Program-made: the position numbers and the translations under genes
Notes under the pieces: generated by a model
The model's input: only the letters and a program-made list of their open reading frames with translations
Database searches by the model: none
What the model was told of the DNA's origin: nothing
Assembly (NCBI GenBank): GCA_964234715.1
Contig: OZ174278.1
Strand: one strand, 5' to 3'
From: Podarcis melisellensis
Lineage: Eukaryota
DNA: 64,000 nucleotides
Part shown: positions 39,064 through 53,228 of the stretch, one piece after another
Numbering within the stretch: the stretch's first letter is position 1
Layout: every line of letters begins with the position of its first letter

Positions 39064-39193
39064 CAGGCATGGGGAACCTCCAGATGTTGCTCAACTTCAA
39101 CTCCCATCATCACTAGCCATTGGTCATGCTTGCTGGGGATGATGGGAGATGTGGTTCAGCAATACCTGGGTGGCCAAAAGTTCCTCGCACCTG
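39064..39193. mobile_element. hAT MITE (decayed)
   Basis: caggcatggggaac / gttcctcgcacctg ends; ctcccatcatc / gatgatgggag internal inverted repeat. Confidence 0.75.
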
Positions 39194-41348
39194 CATTAAA
39201 AATTGGGAAACCTGCAGTATCTGGGTCAAGTTAATTTTTGGGGGGCAAATATATGCCTATTGCAGATTGTTGTAAGTTATAATAAACTTGTGGCCAGTGG
39301 TTAAATCCATTTGCTGTTTTGTTCCTTCCCTCCATGGGCATAAGGGCAAAGTGTGTGCATAAATACATCCTTAATTAGCAAATAACATTTGCCACACTCT
39401 GCAGAAAGTTCCTTGATAATTAAGTTTAAATGTACAAACATGCTTCATATAGTAGAGACTGCATAATAGGGGGCAGGTTGGGAGTTGCTAGGAAGGTAAT
39501 TGTAGGAGAAGAGCCACCTGCTTCTCCTTGTCTCTTTCGCTGCTGACAACCTCCCACATACTCACTTTTCCTTCCCACTTTCTTAAATTGAGAGAAAGCA
39601 GAAGAGAAGGCAAGAGGCAATTAAAGGCAGGATGCCATCCCCCATTGCCAGCTGTTGTTTGAAAGGTGAGGTGAAGGGAACCTATGGGGAAATCTTCTAA
39701 ATAATCAGAATAATATATTACTTATTTATCTATTTATATAAATTACCAGAAAAATTACCGCTCACTGGAAAAGATTGCAAAACAAGACAGATCTCGCCTG
39801 CAGACTTACAAACTAATAGATACAACATGCAGAAAAAAAGAATTGGGGATGGAAAGAGAAATAAGCAAACTTAGGCAAGCAAACTTATTTCCTCTTATAA
39901 TGGCCAGCTTGAATGGAAATGGTTCAGGGAGAACAGCCAAATGGCAGCTGGTCTCTCTGCAAGACAACAGAGTGAGCCCTGCACTATCCCATCTCTTCTG
40001 CTGCAACCAGGTGGAGTCACTGCTAATAAATAGCAGCTCCAGGGAGAAGGAACCAAATGACAGCTCCTCCAGGAAAAACGAATGGACCACCTGGGCAGGT
40101 GGAATATCTCCTTACTCAAAGCTTAAGACACAAGAAGTATAGCTAGGGAACAACTGGTAGTGCAATAGATGTGCAGTTTGGACATCCAATATTGTTGAGT
40201 GTGAGCATGTGCAGTCTATGAGTTTGCTTTGGCTCACATCCCATTTCTAAAACTAAGTTCAGAAATGCAAAACCTGTGCAAAACCATGCACAGTTTGCCA
40301 CAATGTTTAGTTCCTTCAGGTAATATGCATATTTCCTTCTTCCTTCTATATTAATGTTGTATAACACATCAATGCACTAAAGAAGAAGAAGAAGATTTAG
40401 ATGTGATTCTAATTATCACATTTTTAAAATTGTGTAGTGTTTCATGGACATGCACTCCAGTGAATTATTAAAACACCCCACCAAAATAATCTTTAGATAT
40501 AACTGCTGTACCTGCTGAAATAGGGGAGGAGGCCCCATCAGTATTGGCATTCTGTGAGCTCTTGAATGTTTAAACAAGCATTTCCCAATTCTCCTAAGCC
40601 CAGATCTTCAACTTTGATTGTTGTTTTAACTGTTATGCTATATTAATGAGCTTGCTTAATATATATATATTAGTTATAGATGTTTTACTGTAGTTTTGGG
40701 TTGCCATATTTGGAGCTTTTTGTTGAGCTTTTTTTTAAAGGAAAATCAGCCAAAACGACACTGCCAACATGGATTGCTACACACAATGCGTCGTTGATGT
40801 ATGGCAAACCTACTATAGCCGTTTTACTATGTATTTTAATTACAGAACAATTGTTCATTCCAAATGCTTGAATAGGTACTTGAGACCCTCCAGATGTTGT
40901 TGGACTATGTCCCATCATCCCTGAGCTGAGACTGATGGGAGTTAGAGTGAAAACATGTGGAGGACCCCTGCCCCATTGTATCTGTTTGACTTTGGAAAGA
41001 GGATCAGGTAAGACAGAAGTTTGAAATCTTGGGAACATACTGGATGAGGAGACTTTTGGAAGCCTCATGTAATGGAGGGGTGGTAGCCTTGGTATTTAAT
41101 TCTGTAACATCTTGGCTTGTTTTTCATGAGAATTGCTTTGGCACAGATTCCCCCCCCCCCCCGGTGTAGCTGGCCAGTGTGAAAGTTCCTGATTTTTCTA
41201 ATTTACAAACAAGCTGACTAATTGAGTCATGTGCTTGCACCATCAGTAATATTAAACAAATAGTGACAATAATGATTTTATACTACATAGGGGAGTGTGA
41301 TGCTTACATTGGGTAAATAGAACTATCACCTGCTAAGATACACAAAAT

Positions 41349-41703
41349 GGGATGTGGGTGGCGCTGTGGGTAAAACCTCAGCGCCTAGGACTTGCCGATC
41401 GCATGGTCGGCGGTTCGAATCCCCACGGCGGGGTGCGCTCCCGTTGTTCGGTCCCAGCGCCTGCCAACCTAGCAGTTCGAAAGCACCTCTGGGTGCAAGT
41501 AGATAAATAGGGACCGCTTACCAGTGGGAAGGTAAACAGCGTTCCGTGTGCTGCGCTGGCTCGCCAGATGCAGCTTGTCACGCTGGCCACATGACCCGGA
41601 AGTGTCTGCAGACAGCGCTGGCTCCCGGCCTATAGAGTGAGATGAGCGCACAACCCTAGAGTCTGGCAAGACTGGCCCGAACGGGCAGGGGTACCTTTAC
41701 CTT
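41349..41703 (+). mobile_element. Sauria SINE, full length
   Basis: matches the 12339 copy; perfect TSD taagatacacaaaa (41334-41347 and 41704-41717). Confidence 0.95.
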
Positions 41704-42764
41704 TAAGATACACAAAAGTATTATTATTCTTATTTATTAAATTTCTCTACTGCCCTTAATATGAGGATCACAGGGTGGTTCACAATTTAAAAACTCAAAA
41801 ATACATACTAACGAAACAATAACAACAACCCCTAACCAAGAAGAGAAGAAAATGGAGGTATATTCTTTTAGCACACAATCTAAAAGTAAAAAATGCAAAG
41901 CAGGCTGTATTAAACTGTTAAGTCTATTAGTGCTTTCGAAGGCCAGTCTTTCCTTAAAATACTAATTTACACTGGAAGAGACTGCTTGACAATACAGCTC
42001 TATTGCTGACAGAACGAGGTCTGTGTTTCTGGCACCAAATCTGCCTATAATCAAACCAACTGTCAGCACTCAAGCATTAAGCACAGGCCACCTCATATAT
42101 ACAGAAGCACAAATTGGCCAGACTCCAACTGGCAAAAACTTCCTGTGGATTTGCTCCTGGAGCACTTCAGTGGAGACACAGTATATTTTCCTAGGCATGC
42201 ATTCTTTGGGATTTGCTTGCTGCTATGAAGGAGTGGTTAAGAGTATGACATATGCACTGGGTAGGGATGCTGCCAGGTTTGAGGGGACTCTGAATTAGGT
42301 GCTCCCCTCAGATAACATTACTGGGACATAGGAGGCAGGCCTCAGTTGTGACATGTCGTGCTGCTAAAAGCAGTGCAGCTCCAGCTACCCACAGCTCCCT
42401 CGGAGCTCTGGGCAAGGCAGACACTGCCATATTTCTTATCCTCAATTCTTCTGGGCTCTTCCCTTCCCAACAACAATATATGGGCCCAGAGGCATTGAGG
42501 GAAAATGCAGCTGCAGCTAATTGGTTTGGCCATTTTAAAATAACCGCACGGTGAGGCCATAGCAATTGCTCTACTATGCTGGATGCTGATGGCAGGGCCA
42601 GAACTAGGAGAACTGGGTAAGCCTTTCTTCCTCAGCCACAAATTTATATTCTATGTGGGTTGGTTCTCTGTGCGAGAGGCAGGAATAACCAGGAGGAGGG
42701 TATGTATGTGCCTAACCTTGGTGTTATCAGCACCATGCTCTAACCAACTGAGCCAGCCTGGGAA

Positions 42765-43395
42765 ACTGGATGATTGGTGGGTGCTGATGTGATATTGGGG
42801 CTGAGAGGGGAAATCAGTAATGGCATCATGTACCAGGGTCAGATGGAGGAGGTGGAGGAGTTTCAGGACTATTACCAGGGTCCTGGGAGTGGAGGATATG
42901 CAGTAATCATAGAAGAGTATGGGGAGGTCACCCCCGTTCAGCCTTCTCTCAACAGAGATCTGGGTAGCCATGTTGCTGACCTGCCCTCCCATCTGGTGAT
43001 GATTAATGCCAGATTGATCCACAAAAACTCCTCCCATCTACGATTTGATTCAGGGTGGGGCTGGTGATCTGGGGTGTGTTACTGAGACCTGTGTGGGTGA
43101 GCTGGGAAGCCCTGACCTTAGCCAGCTGTGCCTACATGGATATTCAGTGCAGCACAAGTCAAAGTCAGCAGAACAAGGAAGGGGTATTGCAATGATCCGT
43201 AAAAGTTCCGTCATTCTTACCTGGAAGCCAGTCCATCTGGGACTTGGATGCGAAGGTTTGTACCTGGTGTTGGGAGGCGGAAACAGAACAGAGATTTTGC
43301 TGGTGTGCCATCCACCCCACTGCCTAACCTTATTCCTGACTGAGCTGGCAGAGATGGTCACTGGTGTGGTGTTGACGAATCCTAGGACACTAGTT
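42765..43395 (+). mobile_element. L2 LINE ORF2 endonuclease-region fragment
   Basis: INAR..., DLGCVTETCVGE...LSQLCLHGYSVQH...GRGIA...LLVCHPP, degenerate APE endonuclease motifs (NAR, ITETW, GGGVA, YRPP). Confidence 0.8.
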
Positions 43396-46099
43396 ACAGC
43401 ACTACAGACCATAGATCAGATAAATATTAGACAAAGCAACACGTAAGTAAAGGTAGACTACAAAATTTTTCTGTACTTGACCTAACTGGAACAATAAATA
43501 GGAATGTGTGCCTTAATTTTTTAATTAAATCCAGTAAAGTTAAAAAGAAAAGAAAAAAGGCATCCTTTGGAAAGGAGGTGGTGGTTAAGCACTGCAAAAA
43601 TATGTTTAGTATGAATGTGCTGTTAAACAACTTGGCACCAGTTTGAGGTTGATTTTGAACTAATTCTATGGCTGACCAGAGAAACAGGAAGAAGCTCTCT
43701 CCTATTCATTATTGCTGTACTGAAGTTCACATGGTGCAGGAAAGTATGCAGGCCTGTATCTTTGCCAAACTGAGGAGAACGGATGGATTTCCCCTCCTCT
43801 AAAAGTTAGAGAATGGATTATTTTTAAACCAAAACAATATACTCACTTGAAATGCTTCATTGTGTTCCTGTGAAAGAATGAATGTACAATCAAGGGATGC
43901 CTCCCCTCCCAGAACAAGAGTTGAAGAAATCTACCAAGTACGATGACAACTTAAGTATAACAAAATAAGGAGGGTTGAAAGGACTTTGACAGTTTTCATT
44001 AACAGTGTTGTCTGAGGGAAAATGCCTACTTTGCCACTTTTGGCAGTAAGCTAAGACAGCAGTACAGGAAACATAATTACTCTGGGCCCTGAGCCAAGTA
44101 ATTCTGTGGTACCATTATCATGCAAAACACATTAAAGGTCTGACAGAAATTAGAGAATCTCGGTATACCTCCTTTTAAAAATGTCATGCTGTCGCTTAAA
44201 AACCTGATCTCGTGATCATAGGTAGAAGCCTTCTTTTTAAAGTAAGTTTTATCTTTTCAAACTTTTTTGGATACAAAGGGTTAGGGTAGCAAAAAAATAA
44301 TGATAAATGTTCAAAAACAGAATGACAAAACCTTACTTTCCCAAGGCACTATTAAATAGCTGTGTTTGGGGAAAAAACTTTCTATACCGTGAAGTTTATT
44401 TCTATCTTTTAAAAGTCATCCATTCATTTTATTTTTCTGCGTTGGATTTAGATTAACATTTCAGTCTTGTATGCGCCTACCTGTAAGCATCAATCAATGG
44501 GAGTAATTTCCAATTGGACATGTATAGCATTGCACTGCACAGTTATTCAAATTTAGGTTCAACTGAAATAAATGGAACTGAAGTTAATTATGAAACCGTG
44601 TTACCACTGATTTTAGTGGAACTAAAATTGGTTTGGGTAGCTTACTTTGGATCCAACCCCACATTAGTGAGTCCTCACTCAAACTAAGGGCATAAAGAAG
44701 TTAAAGGGGCACAATCACATCTTATTTAAATCAACAGGATTTAGACCCACAGTTATTCAGTAAAACAAAAGCACACCTAGGTTTTTTGCGGGGGCAGGAT
44801 ATTATGTCCCATGGCTGTACTTTGCAATCTATTTCTTCTTGAGCTTTTTTTTCCCTTTAGGCTTACTTGGCTACTTATGAGTTAATGATTATCAGTGATT
44901 GCCAGTTTGCATTTTTAACTTAAATATTCAATGTAATAATTTCATTTTTCGATTGTCTTTCAGTGAATTCAATAAAGCCAGCCAACTCCAAATAATACAT
45001 AGCTAAGCTGTGATTGACTTCACACCTACCAGCTTGACTTTCCTGCAGGGTTATTTCCTGACAAGATAAAAAGCAAAGATCCTTGACTGATGTATCACCA
45101 GTTAATAACTAAGTCTAGCAATTCCATAGGTTTAGATTAAACAGTAAATGCAATTACTTGTATTCAGTGTTTCTGAATTTACCCTTTGCAAACTGAGTTG
45201 TAAGTCAGCAGTAAACATTTTGTCACTTTTCCCCGTGTTTTGGTTGGCCTCCATTTTTCAACTATTTGAGTATCCTGGATAATACCATTGAATTCAATTG
45301 GATTTACTTCCGAGCAAACATGCATAGTCTCAGGCTGTAAGGGCAAGTATTGCGTCCCAGTACAACCATGACCACCTATTGATGTCAGATATTGTCTTTA
45401 AGAGAGATGATAGTTCTTAATAGCAATCCTGGAAAGTCAAGGTAATGGTCTATTTTACAAGGGTAAAGTGACTTGATTACTATTGATCTCAGCTTCCCTG
45501 AATTAGAGCTAGTTAGAAATTGGAAAATGTTTTTTCATCATAGGCTTCATGATTTCCCCCTCAGTTTTCTCCCCATCAGTTTTACAATTATCCAGCCAAT
45601 GTTACCTTATCCTTCTTAAAAGGCCAAAGAAATGCCAGCTCTTCTGCTCCTTGATCCTTCCCTGATTCTCTCAGAATCTCAGCCTTTTCCTCTTGTAAAC
45701 CAGCTCATGGTCTTGTAATTGATGAGTTATCCTCCCAAAGGAGATTGCTATATACTTAACACAAAAGGACAATGCAGTATGTGAGTTGTTTCTCTACCCC
45801 TATTCAGGAATACATATTCTAAGTTGAATTGAAACATGTGAGGGACAACGTGCTAACTCCACCTGCTGTTGCCCTCTGTAAGTTGGAGGGTGAGCATCTC
45901 TAGTGAACTCCTTGCTTTACTTCTGTAGGCTCCATGCACAATGTAGAGTCCTGGAAAACCATGGTTCTACCTTACACGATGGGGCCACATGGATAGAACA
46001 GACTCCATGCTACAGACAGATGTGCTCCAATTTGTGGAAGGCAATAGCACCTGTGGTCCCCTCTTTTCCCATTTCATGTTTACTCCCCTTGCATTATCT

Positions 46100-46144
46100 C
46101 AGGTGTGGGGAACCTTCTGGAGGGCCAAAGTTCCCCCACCCCTG
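46100..46144. mobile_element. 45-bp minimal hAT element
   Basis: caggtgtggggaac / gttcccccacccctg with 8-bp TSD cattatct / cattagct. Confidence 0.7.
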
Positions 46145-47223
46145 CATTAGCTTGATGGGGTCGCATTCCAAAGTCTGATGAGTATGACATTGTAAACAAT
46201 GGATAATTATTCCCAGTTATCAAGGTAACTTCTCCTGATAGCTCCCCTTATGAGGCAACAGCCTAACAAAGGATTGTTTCCTAGCACCTGTGACACCATG
46301 AATAGGTGTTAAAAGCCTGCCTCCATTAGACAGCAACAGACAAATTATATTCAATAATGCTTGGTTTCAGTGGTGTAGACAGGAGCCCCGATAGGACTTT
46401 ATATAATAATACAAACCAAAGCTATAACATGGCACTGATAAAATCTGTTCATATCACCGAAAATTCAAAAATTATACTACCACAGTTCTTCTGATGACAG
46501 CAGCATGCTAATGCAGCAAGAACTGTGCACCGTGCAGTTATGACATTCTGCTTCTTAAGCATTTTCTATTTCTTCTAATGATTTCTCTGTTTCCTTTTTT
46601 GTTGCTTAAGTAGCTTTTTATTATTTTCCCCAATGTGGAATCCTTTATACTAACAGCTTTATGTTTTTCTCTTCATTTTTATGACTGCCATTTTTCTCTT
46701 ATTTTTCTCCCCTCCGCCCCTGTTTGCTTTTGATTTCTTCTGCAGCTCATATTTTAAAGAGGATTTTTTTCCTTGAGGATAGTTGCCACAAGCTTCCCCC
46801 TCCCATCTTGATAAAGATGCTTTTTATCTACAGTTTATTGAAATGCTTCATCCCCTTTATAACAAATAGTAATAAAAAGTGAGAAATAATAAACAATAAA
46901 AACACTGAAATTCAGAAAATCAAACATGTTATCTCTTTGGATGTGAGCAAAATGCTTAATACTTTTTTCAAAATAATAGATTGGTGTAGCCTGGGACTGA
47001 TAGGGAAATCTGAAAGGTTCTGCCTCCAGATGCTTAAGCTATGTGATACAACACTGGCTCCTGTCTGGGCATTCTAGTCTCTGCGAGGAAGCATGGGACA
47101 AAGTAAAGGTCTGTGGTAGAGCTCATGCATTGCATTCAGATGGTCTTAGGGTTAGTCCTCAGGATCCCTAGTTCAAAAGATTATGTAGCAGGTGAGACCG
47201 TGGAGAGCTGCTGTCAGTTGGAG

Positions 47224-47658
47224 TTCTTTCTTTGGTGATCACTTGTAGCTGAATAAGATTGTCTTCCATGAATATGGTATTAACAGTGAGCCTGTAAGTG
47301 ACTGTGGAGGCCAATTCTGTATCCACACGTCCTTTCACAGTGGGGCCATAGGTTTCCAGGTGGGAGTTGATCACGGTGGGGTTTGCCAAACGTGCCTTCC
47401 TTAGCTCATTTCCCCTTTTCACCCTGAGTTTGTGCTTCTTCAGAGTCCATGACACCTTTGGCAAAGGCTGTTCTCCAATTGGAGCACTCGCAGGCCAGTG
47501 TTTCCCAGTTATCAGTGCCACATTTTTTTATAGATTTGCCTTGAGAGCATCTTTGAACCTCTTTTGTTTTCCATCGGTATTTCGCTTTCCATTCTTAAGT
47601 TGGGAATAGAGAAGTTGCTTTGGAAGACAATAATCAGGCACCTGAACAATATGACCAG
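47224..47658 (-). mobile_element. RTE-clade (BovB-related) LINE 3' fragment inside an older SINE (~47105-47715)
   Basis: minus strand GHIVQVPDYCLPKQLLYSQLKNGKRNTDGKQKRFKDALKANL is the RTE ORF C-terminus. Confidence 0.85.
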
Positions 47659-49057
47659 AGCAGATGACATTGACCTAGATGATTGGACTCATCATATGGC
47701 ATCTTTATACGTTCATGCATTCACATGATGGCAGCCAATGGGTCTTCAAGAAGAATCTGAGATGGGCATCTGGTGTGCATTCTTTTCTCTGCACAGCATA
47801 TATATTATCACTCAGAATGGTCCATTGTTTCTTCAAACAAGGTTTGAACATCTATCAAACAAAAGGAAGAGATATATCCAAGAGTCATGCTGCAAGTCCA
47901 GAGCAAAGCCAGTGTGGCAGCCAATGCAGTGTAATGGATTGGTTTGGAGTATGGCCAGACAGAGCTGGGATCAGATTCTTGCTCAGCAGTCCCTTTGTAT
48001 GTGGGTTGTAGTATTGTCCCATGTGAGTGGTTTATGTATAAGTGGTTGATAGAAGTAATGTTCGCAGTGGTGAATAGTTGTGATGGTTGTGTGAAATGGA
48101 TGGAGTGTGATTGCACATAAGTTGTGTGGATTGAAATTTTTATATTATACTGCCTTGTAGTGCTCTCTGATGTTATTTGTTTTTATATTATGTTGATGTA
48201 TGTGGATGTTGTTTGTGTATTTCATTATGTGAGTCATTTGACAGACATGGCTTTATTGTACTTAGTGTGTTCTTAGTGTATACAGACACATATCCCTATG
48301 CACGTATCACTGTAAACTGCTTAAAATCTTTCTGATAGTAAGTGCGATACTAATATATATGGTAAATAAATAAATGCACCTTGTTGGTTGAGCTTGGCCT
48401 AGTCACACACCACCTCACAGAGTTGTGGGAATGACAGTGGGAGAGGGAGAAATGATGTGAGGTACCCTAAATTCCTTAAAGGAGATGTGGGACTAAAATG
48501 TGCTATACAAATAATTAAATAGATATCCCTGGAGCAGCAGCCGGCCAACCAACCAACCAGGTTTATTGCACCAAGGGTGAGTTTATGCATGCGTATCTGT
48601 CATCTAATGACTGTGAGAGATATTAGGCTCCTTTGTGCTGGCCTGAGTTTACAAAAATCCACAACATACTTGCAGGTGTCAATTGCCTGTGATATTTTGA
48701 TGGTTTGTAATTCAGGGGCAAATGATGCTTTAAATGTCAGCCTTCTCAGCTGTTTCACTGGTCATTAACTCATAAGTCTCATTAGTTTTTCTAAGGTGCA
48801 AAAGGTGTGGGAGGGCAATGGATAATGACAGATTTGGGAGGGCATTTGGTGACATGGGCAGTCTGTATTGAATTTGGGCTGATCTCTCATAAACTTCTGC
48901 TGAGTTTCCTCATAAAAGAGGAAGGGACTTCTACTGGAGGAAGGCAATCAGAAATAATGCCTCATATAGTTTAATGTCAAACAACACTGAGATATTCAGT
49001 GATTGATTTCATTTTCCTGAAAAGGACACTAAAAACTATGAGTAGTACAGACTGCCA

Positions 49058-49310
49058 CCTGTTAAAATGAGATAATAGGGCCAACGTGTGCTTGGCAACA
49101 TGACTTAAATATGACCACATGGCTGAACATGGCATCACTTTTGGCCATGTGCAAAGCATGTCACTTCCAGTCATGTGGTCTTTGTTTTGGTCATGTGAAC
49201 AACCTCACAGCATTAGTTTTGACAGCCAGTGACATCATGTCTGGTCATGTGGTTTTTATTTTGGTCACGCGGCAAAGCACAGGGTATCTACAGTATTTCA
49301 TTTTAACAGG
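49058..49310. mobile_element. old palindromic MITE
   Basis: cctgttaaaatgagata / tatttcattttaacagg ends plus ~80 bp imperfect inverted arms. Confidence 0.65.
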
Positions 49311-51799
49311 AAGTAGAACTGTTCTCCTACCATTATTTACATGAATGGCAATACGGGGGTGGGGTGGGGGTGGGGAAGCTGTCAGTTAATTTATATGCTT
49401 CAAAAGATGCCCCAAATGAGCACCTAACTGTCCTAACATGACACAACATGGAAAACAAGTGTTCTGGCATTATGTAGATTACTTACTTGAAACAAGACTA
49501 TGTCACAATTAATTTAGTCTGTACCCATAAAAGGATTTTAAAAAGTGTATCATATATACATGCATGTGTGAATCAGGCCTAAGACTCCTGGTGCAATGTG
49601 AACAGCCTCAAAAATCTAAGAAAGATATCTGTAATGAAAGTTTGCATCCCAGCTGGGGAGTTGGTGGCAAACAACCTGAAGTATGGGAAGAAAGCGTAAG
49701 GGGCAAACAGAGAAGACATCATGCATTCACAAGTCACACTAAGGGTTATAAAGATAATGCTAACAGAACCATCCTCAGGCACCTCTTCAGTGCTGAAAAC
49801 AGAGTTGCTCAAACTGCTGCCTTAGAATGTCTTACTGAAGTCAGTGGTCTGGATTCCAAGTTGTGTGGAGTTCTGCTCAAGATGGAAGAAGGAGGCAGGG
49901 AGGTGATTTTTGCAAGTTCAGCCACTTATGTCTCCTGAAAAGCTCCTCTTCAGAGCTGAGCTGTACATCAGGTGACATGGAAGCTGCAGGGTAAAAGAGG
50001 AATATGTGAAGATTGCTTTCCTGTATATGATTCACTGTGTCAACACTCCCACTTTTCTTTATGATGAAGAATATTTATATGAAGGATAGAGGGCATGTCC
50101 TACTTCAGTACAGAGTCAGTTTAAGGTTCTGGGGTGTTTTCAGAATATTTAATGAAACTGATGAGTTAGCTATTGTTTCCTGTTATGAGTAGAAGCTAGA
50201 AAGACTCTTCAGGATAAGAAAAAATAATAATTCCAGATAATCCACCCAACCCTGCAAAATATTAGCATCAATGGATTTTATTTACAATCCAGGTGTCAAT
50301 TATTCTGCAATGTGAAGGTTTATCATAGAAATGCTAATACATATTGATAAAAATACCAGCTATTTGACTAGGCTTTCATAACACACACTGCCACCTTTAT
50401 GAACAATGATAATAAAGAAATGGAAGTTCGGCGCCTACAACAAAGCACATTTCAACCAAAAGAAAAGGTCTAGGAAGAGGTAATATAATCTGAAAGTGGG
50501 TTACAATTACACTCAAAGTTGCTTTTATTTTTCCAGAGCATCTAAATGACCCTTTCACATAAGAATGCTTCTGTAAGCAAGATTTCCCTATTCCGTCTCA
50601 GATTTCTGGGTTTTACCAATAAATTTGCACTTATCCACGGGATGTCCTCTCAACTTCTATCCTAGTGGAAGTATCATGAAGAATTTAAAACTGAAGCTGA
50701 AACTCTTTAAGCATTGCATTTCAGATCTGGATTAATGTTATCCATTATCTCCTGCCATGAAAACTTTTGAAACGTGAACCTTATTATACAAAGGGCAGAG
50801 ATCATATGTCTGACATAAAGATTAAGCAATTGATCTGTGTGCTGTGAATGCTGATCTCTGATACCACGACTCCATGGCTACCGGACAAGACCAAAAAGAT
50901 GCAATAAAATAAGTTATATGGCACAATGCCATTATCACTTTCTTAATTATAGGAATTTGTATCATTTTATTTTGAGGTAAAAAAGTGAAACAACATCCCA
51001 AACATAAAGGACATCCCAGCCCAAACACGACATAATCCAGAGGTGTATATTTAGCAGAGTGGAAATGACTCTGAACATTTCTGTAGCTTTACACTCAGTC
51101 CCTAAACTCTTTCTTAACACACAACCCATTTGAGATTAAAAAGAAAATAGGCCCTTTGGTCTGAGAAGTGTTGGAAGGGAAAGGAAATTTAAAAAGCCAT
51201 GTGGGATGCAATGAAGGGATGTGTTAATATTACTTAATCAAATTAATGTTGCTGCCTTGCACGCTCACCTGAAGTGTAGCCATAAGTTGTAATGCTACTT
51301 GCAGTCCTATAAGTAGAGAAACATTGAATGTAATTGTATAAGGATAGCAAGAAAACTGATAATGCATTCACTAGGAGTATAAGGCTGCAATCCTATATTC
51401 TTTACCTGGTAGTTAAGTCCCATGGAATCCATTGAGAAGACACATTTAGGATTGTGCTGTTAATGGATGAGAATAATATGCATTTTGTTATTTGCTAATG
51501 TAAATGTCACATGAAAAGGTGCTATTTTTAAGAGTAGAACAACTTTTAATCACGTACACTGCCCATTTCTCCATCGTCTTCTTTCTTTTACCCTTCTGCA
51601 TACAGATGCATCAGTTAGAAATAAGGCTCATTAAACTCCTTGCATCGATCACCTGGAAATTCACTGATCCTTGTTAGCAAATTGGAAGAACAGCTGGCTA
51701 TTCATGGAGTAGTTTTAACCCCCATTTCTGTTCTAATCCTTGAAATTTTGCATCACAGTTATCTTTCTTATTGCCTTTTCCTATCAAAAGTGCTTTATT

Positions 51800-52413
51800 N
51801 NNNNNNNNNNNNNNNNNNNNNNNNNNNNNNNNNNNNNNNNNNNNNNNNNNNNNNNNNNNNNNNNNNNNNNNNNNNNNNNNNNNNNNNNNNNNNNNNNNNN
51901 NNNNNNNNNNNNNNNNNNNNNNNNNNNNNNNNNNNNNNNNNNNNNNNNNNNNNNNNNNNNNNNNNNNNNNNNNNNNNNNNNNNNNNNNNNNNNNNNNNNN
52001 NNNNNNNNNNNNNNNNNNNNNNNNNNNNNNNNNNNNNNNNNNNNNNNNNNNNNNNNNNNNNNNNNNNNNNNNNNNNNNNNNNNNNNNNNNNNNNNNNNNN
52101 NNNNNNNNNNNNNNNNNNNNNNNNNNNNNNNNNNNNNNNNNNNNNNNNNNNNNNNNNNNNNNNNNNNNNNNNNNNNNNNNNNNNNNNNNNNNNNNNNNNN
52201 NNNNNNNNNNNNNNNNNNNNNNNNNNNNNNNNNNNNNNNNNNNNNNNNNNNNNNNNNNNNNNNNNNNNNNNNNNNNNNNNNNNNNNNNNNNNNNNNNNNN
52301 NNNNNNNNNNNNNNNNNNNNNNNNNNNNNNNNNNNNNNNNNNNNNNNNNNNNNNNNNNNNNNNNNNNNNNNNNNNNNNNNNNNNNNNNNNNNNNNNNNNN
52401 NNNNNNNNNNNNN
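51800..52413. other. assembly gap (N run)
   Basis: run of n. Confidence 1.
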
Positions 52414-52642
52414 GTCAGGCAGAACCTGTGTTATGTGTCAGACTCCAAAATATATTAGAAACCAAGCAGTTTAGATTTACTCCTGTGATTGAGACCACTT
52501 TGAACCAAGATGACTGTAGGTGAGTGAGAACAATTTGAACCACGGGCTATAGAAGTTTTAGTTCACAAAAAATGCACATTTTCACACATATGGTTATATT
52601 TCCTTAAAATGGGTCTATAATGCATATGCATAATCTATAATA

Positions 52643-52960
52643 AAGGTAAAGGTACCCCCGCCCGTACGGGCCAGTCGTGTCCGACTCTGGGGTTGCACGC
52701 CCATCTCGCTTAAGAGGCCGGGAGCCAGCGCTGTCCGAAGACACTTCCGGGTCACGTGGCTAGCAGAAATGCCGTTTACCTTCCCGCTAGTAAGCAGCCT
52801 ATTTATCTACTTGCACCCGGAGGTGCTTTCAAACTGCTAGGTTGGCAGGCGCTGGGACCGAGCAACGGGAGTGCACCCCGCCGCGGGGATTCGAACCGCC
52901 GATCTGACGATCGGCAAGTCCTAGGCGCTGAGGTTTTACCCACAGCGCCACCCGCATCCC
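52643..52960 (-). mobile_element. Sauria SINE with small internal deletion
   Basis: reverse complement of the 12339 family; perfect TSD cataatctataata (52629-52642 and 52961-52974). Confidence 0.95.
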
Positions 52961-53228
52961 CATAATCTATAATAGCTTCTCTCTTATTCCACTGCAGGAC
53001 CGACCCTAGCCTTAGACAGAGGTGGTAGACATCAGGAGTCTGCAGGAGCTCCCTCACCATTCACCTTGAGTCCTCTAAGCCAGTAGATGTTGCACAATCA
53101 CTAATGTTGTAACAAACCAGTCAGATTTTGTATGTGGAACAAGAGGGCACCATCATGCCCTTCACTGCAAGCAGGAAAATGTCTTGTGCTGGTGGTGTTC
53201 CACTGTTCCAAACTGCAAGCAGCACTAT

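Noticed and set aside
45929-46040. CRVLENHGSTLHDGATWIEQTPCYRQMC, vaguely VWC-like, after a good acceptor
   Set aside because: Cysteine spacing is incomplete and there is no credible donor.
52442-52519. 78-nt open plus-strand exon candidate ending TAG|GTGAGT
   Set aside because: Weak polypyrimidine tract, adjacent to an assembly gap, and unrecognised peptide.
51640-52523. Long ORFs in three frames (also 25838-26290)
   Set aside because: Artefacts of N runs.
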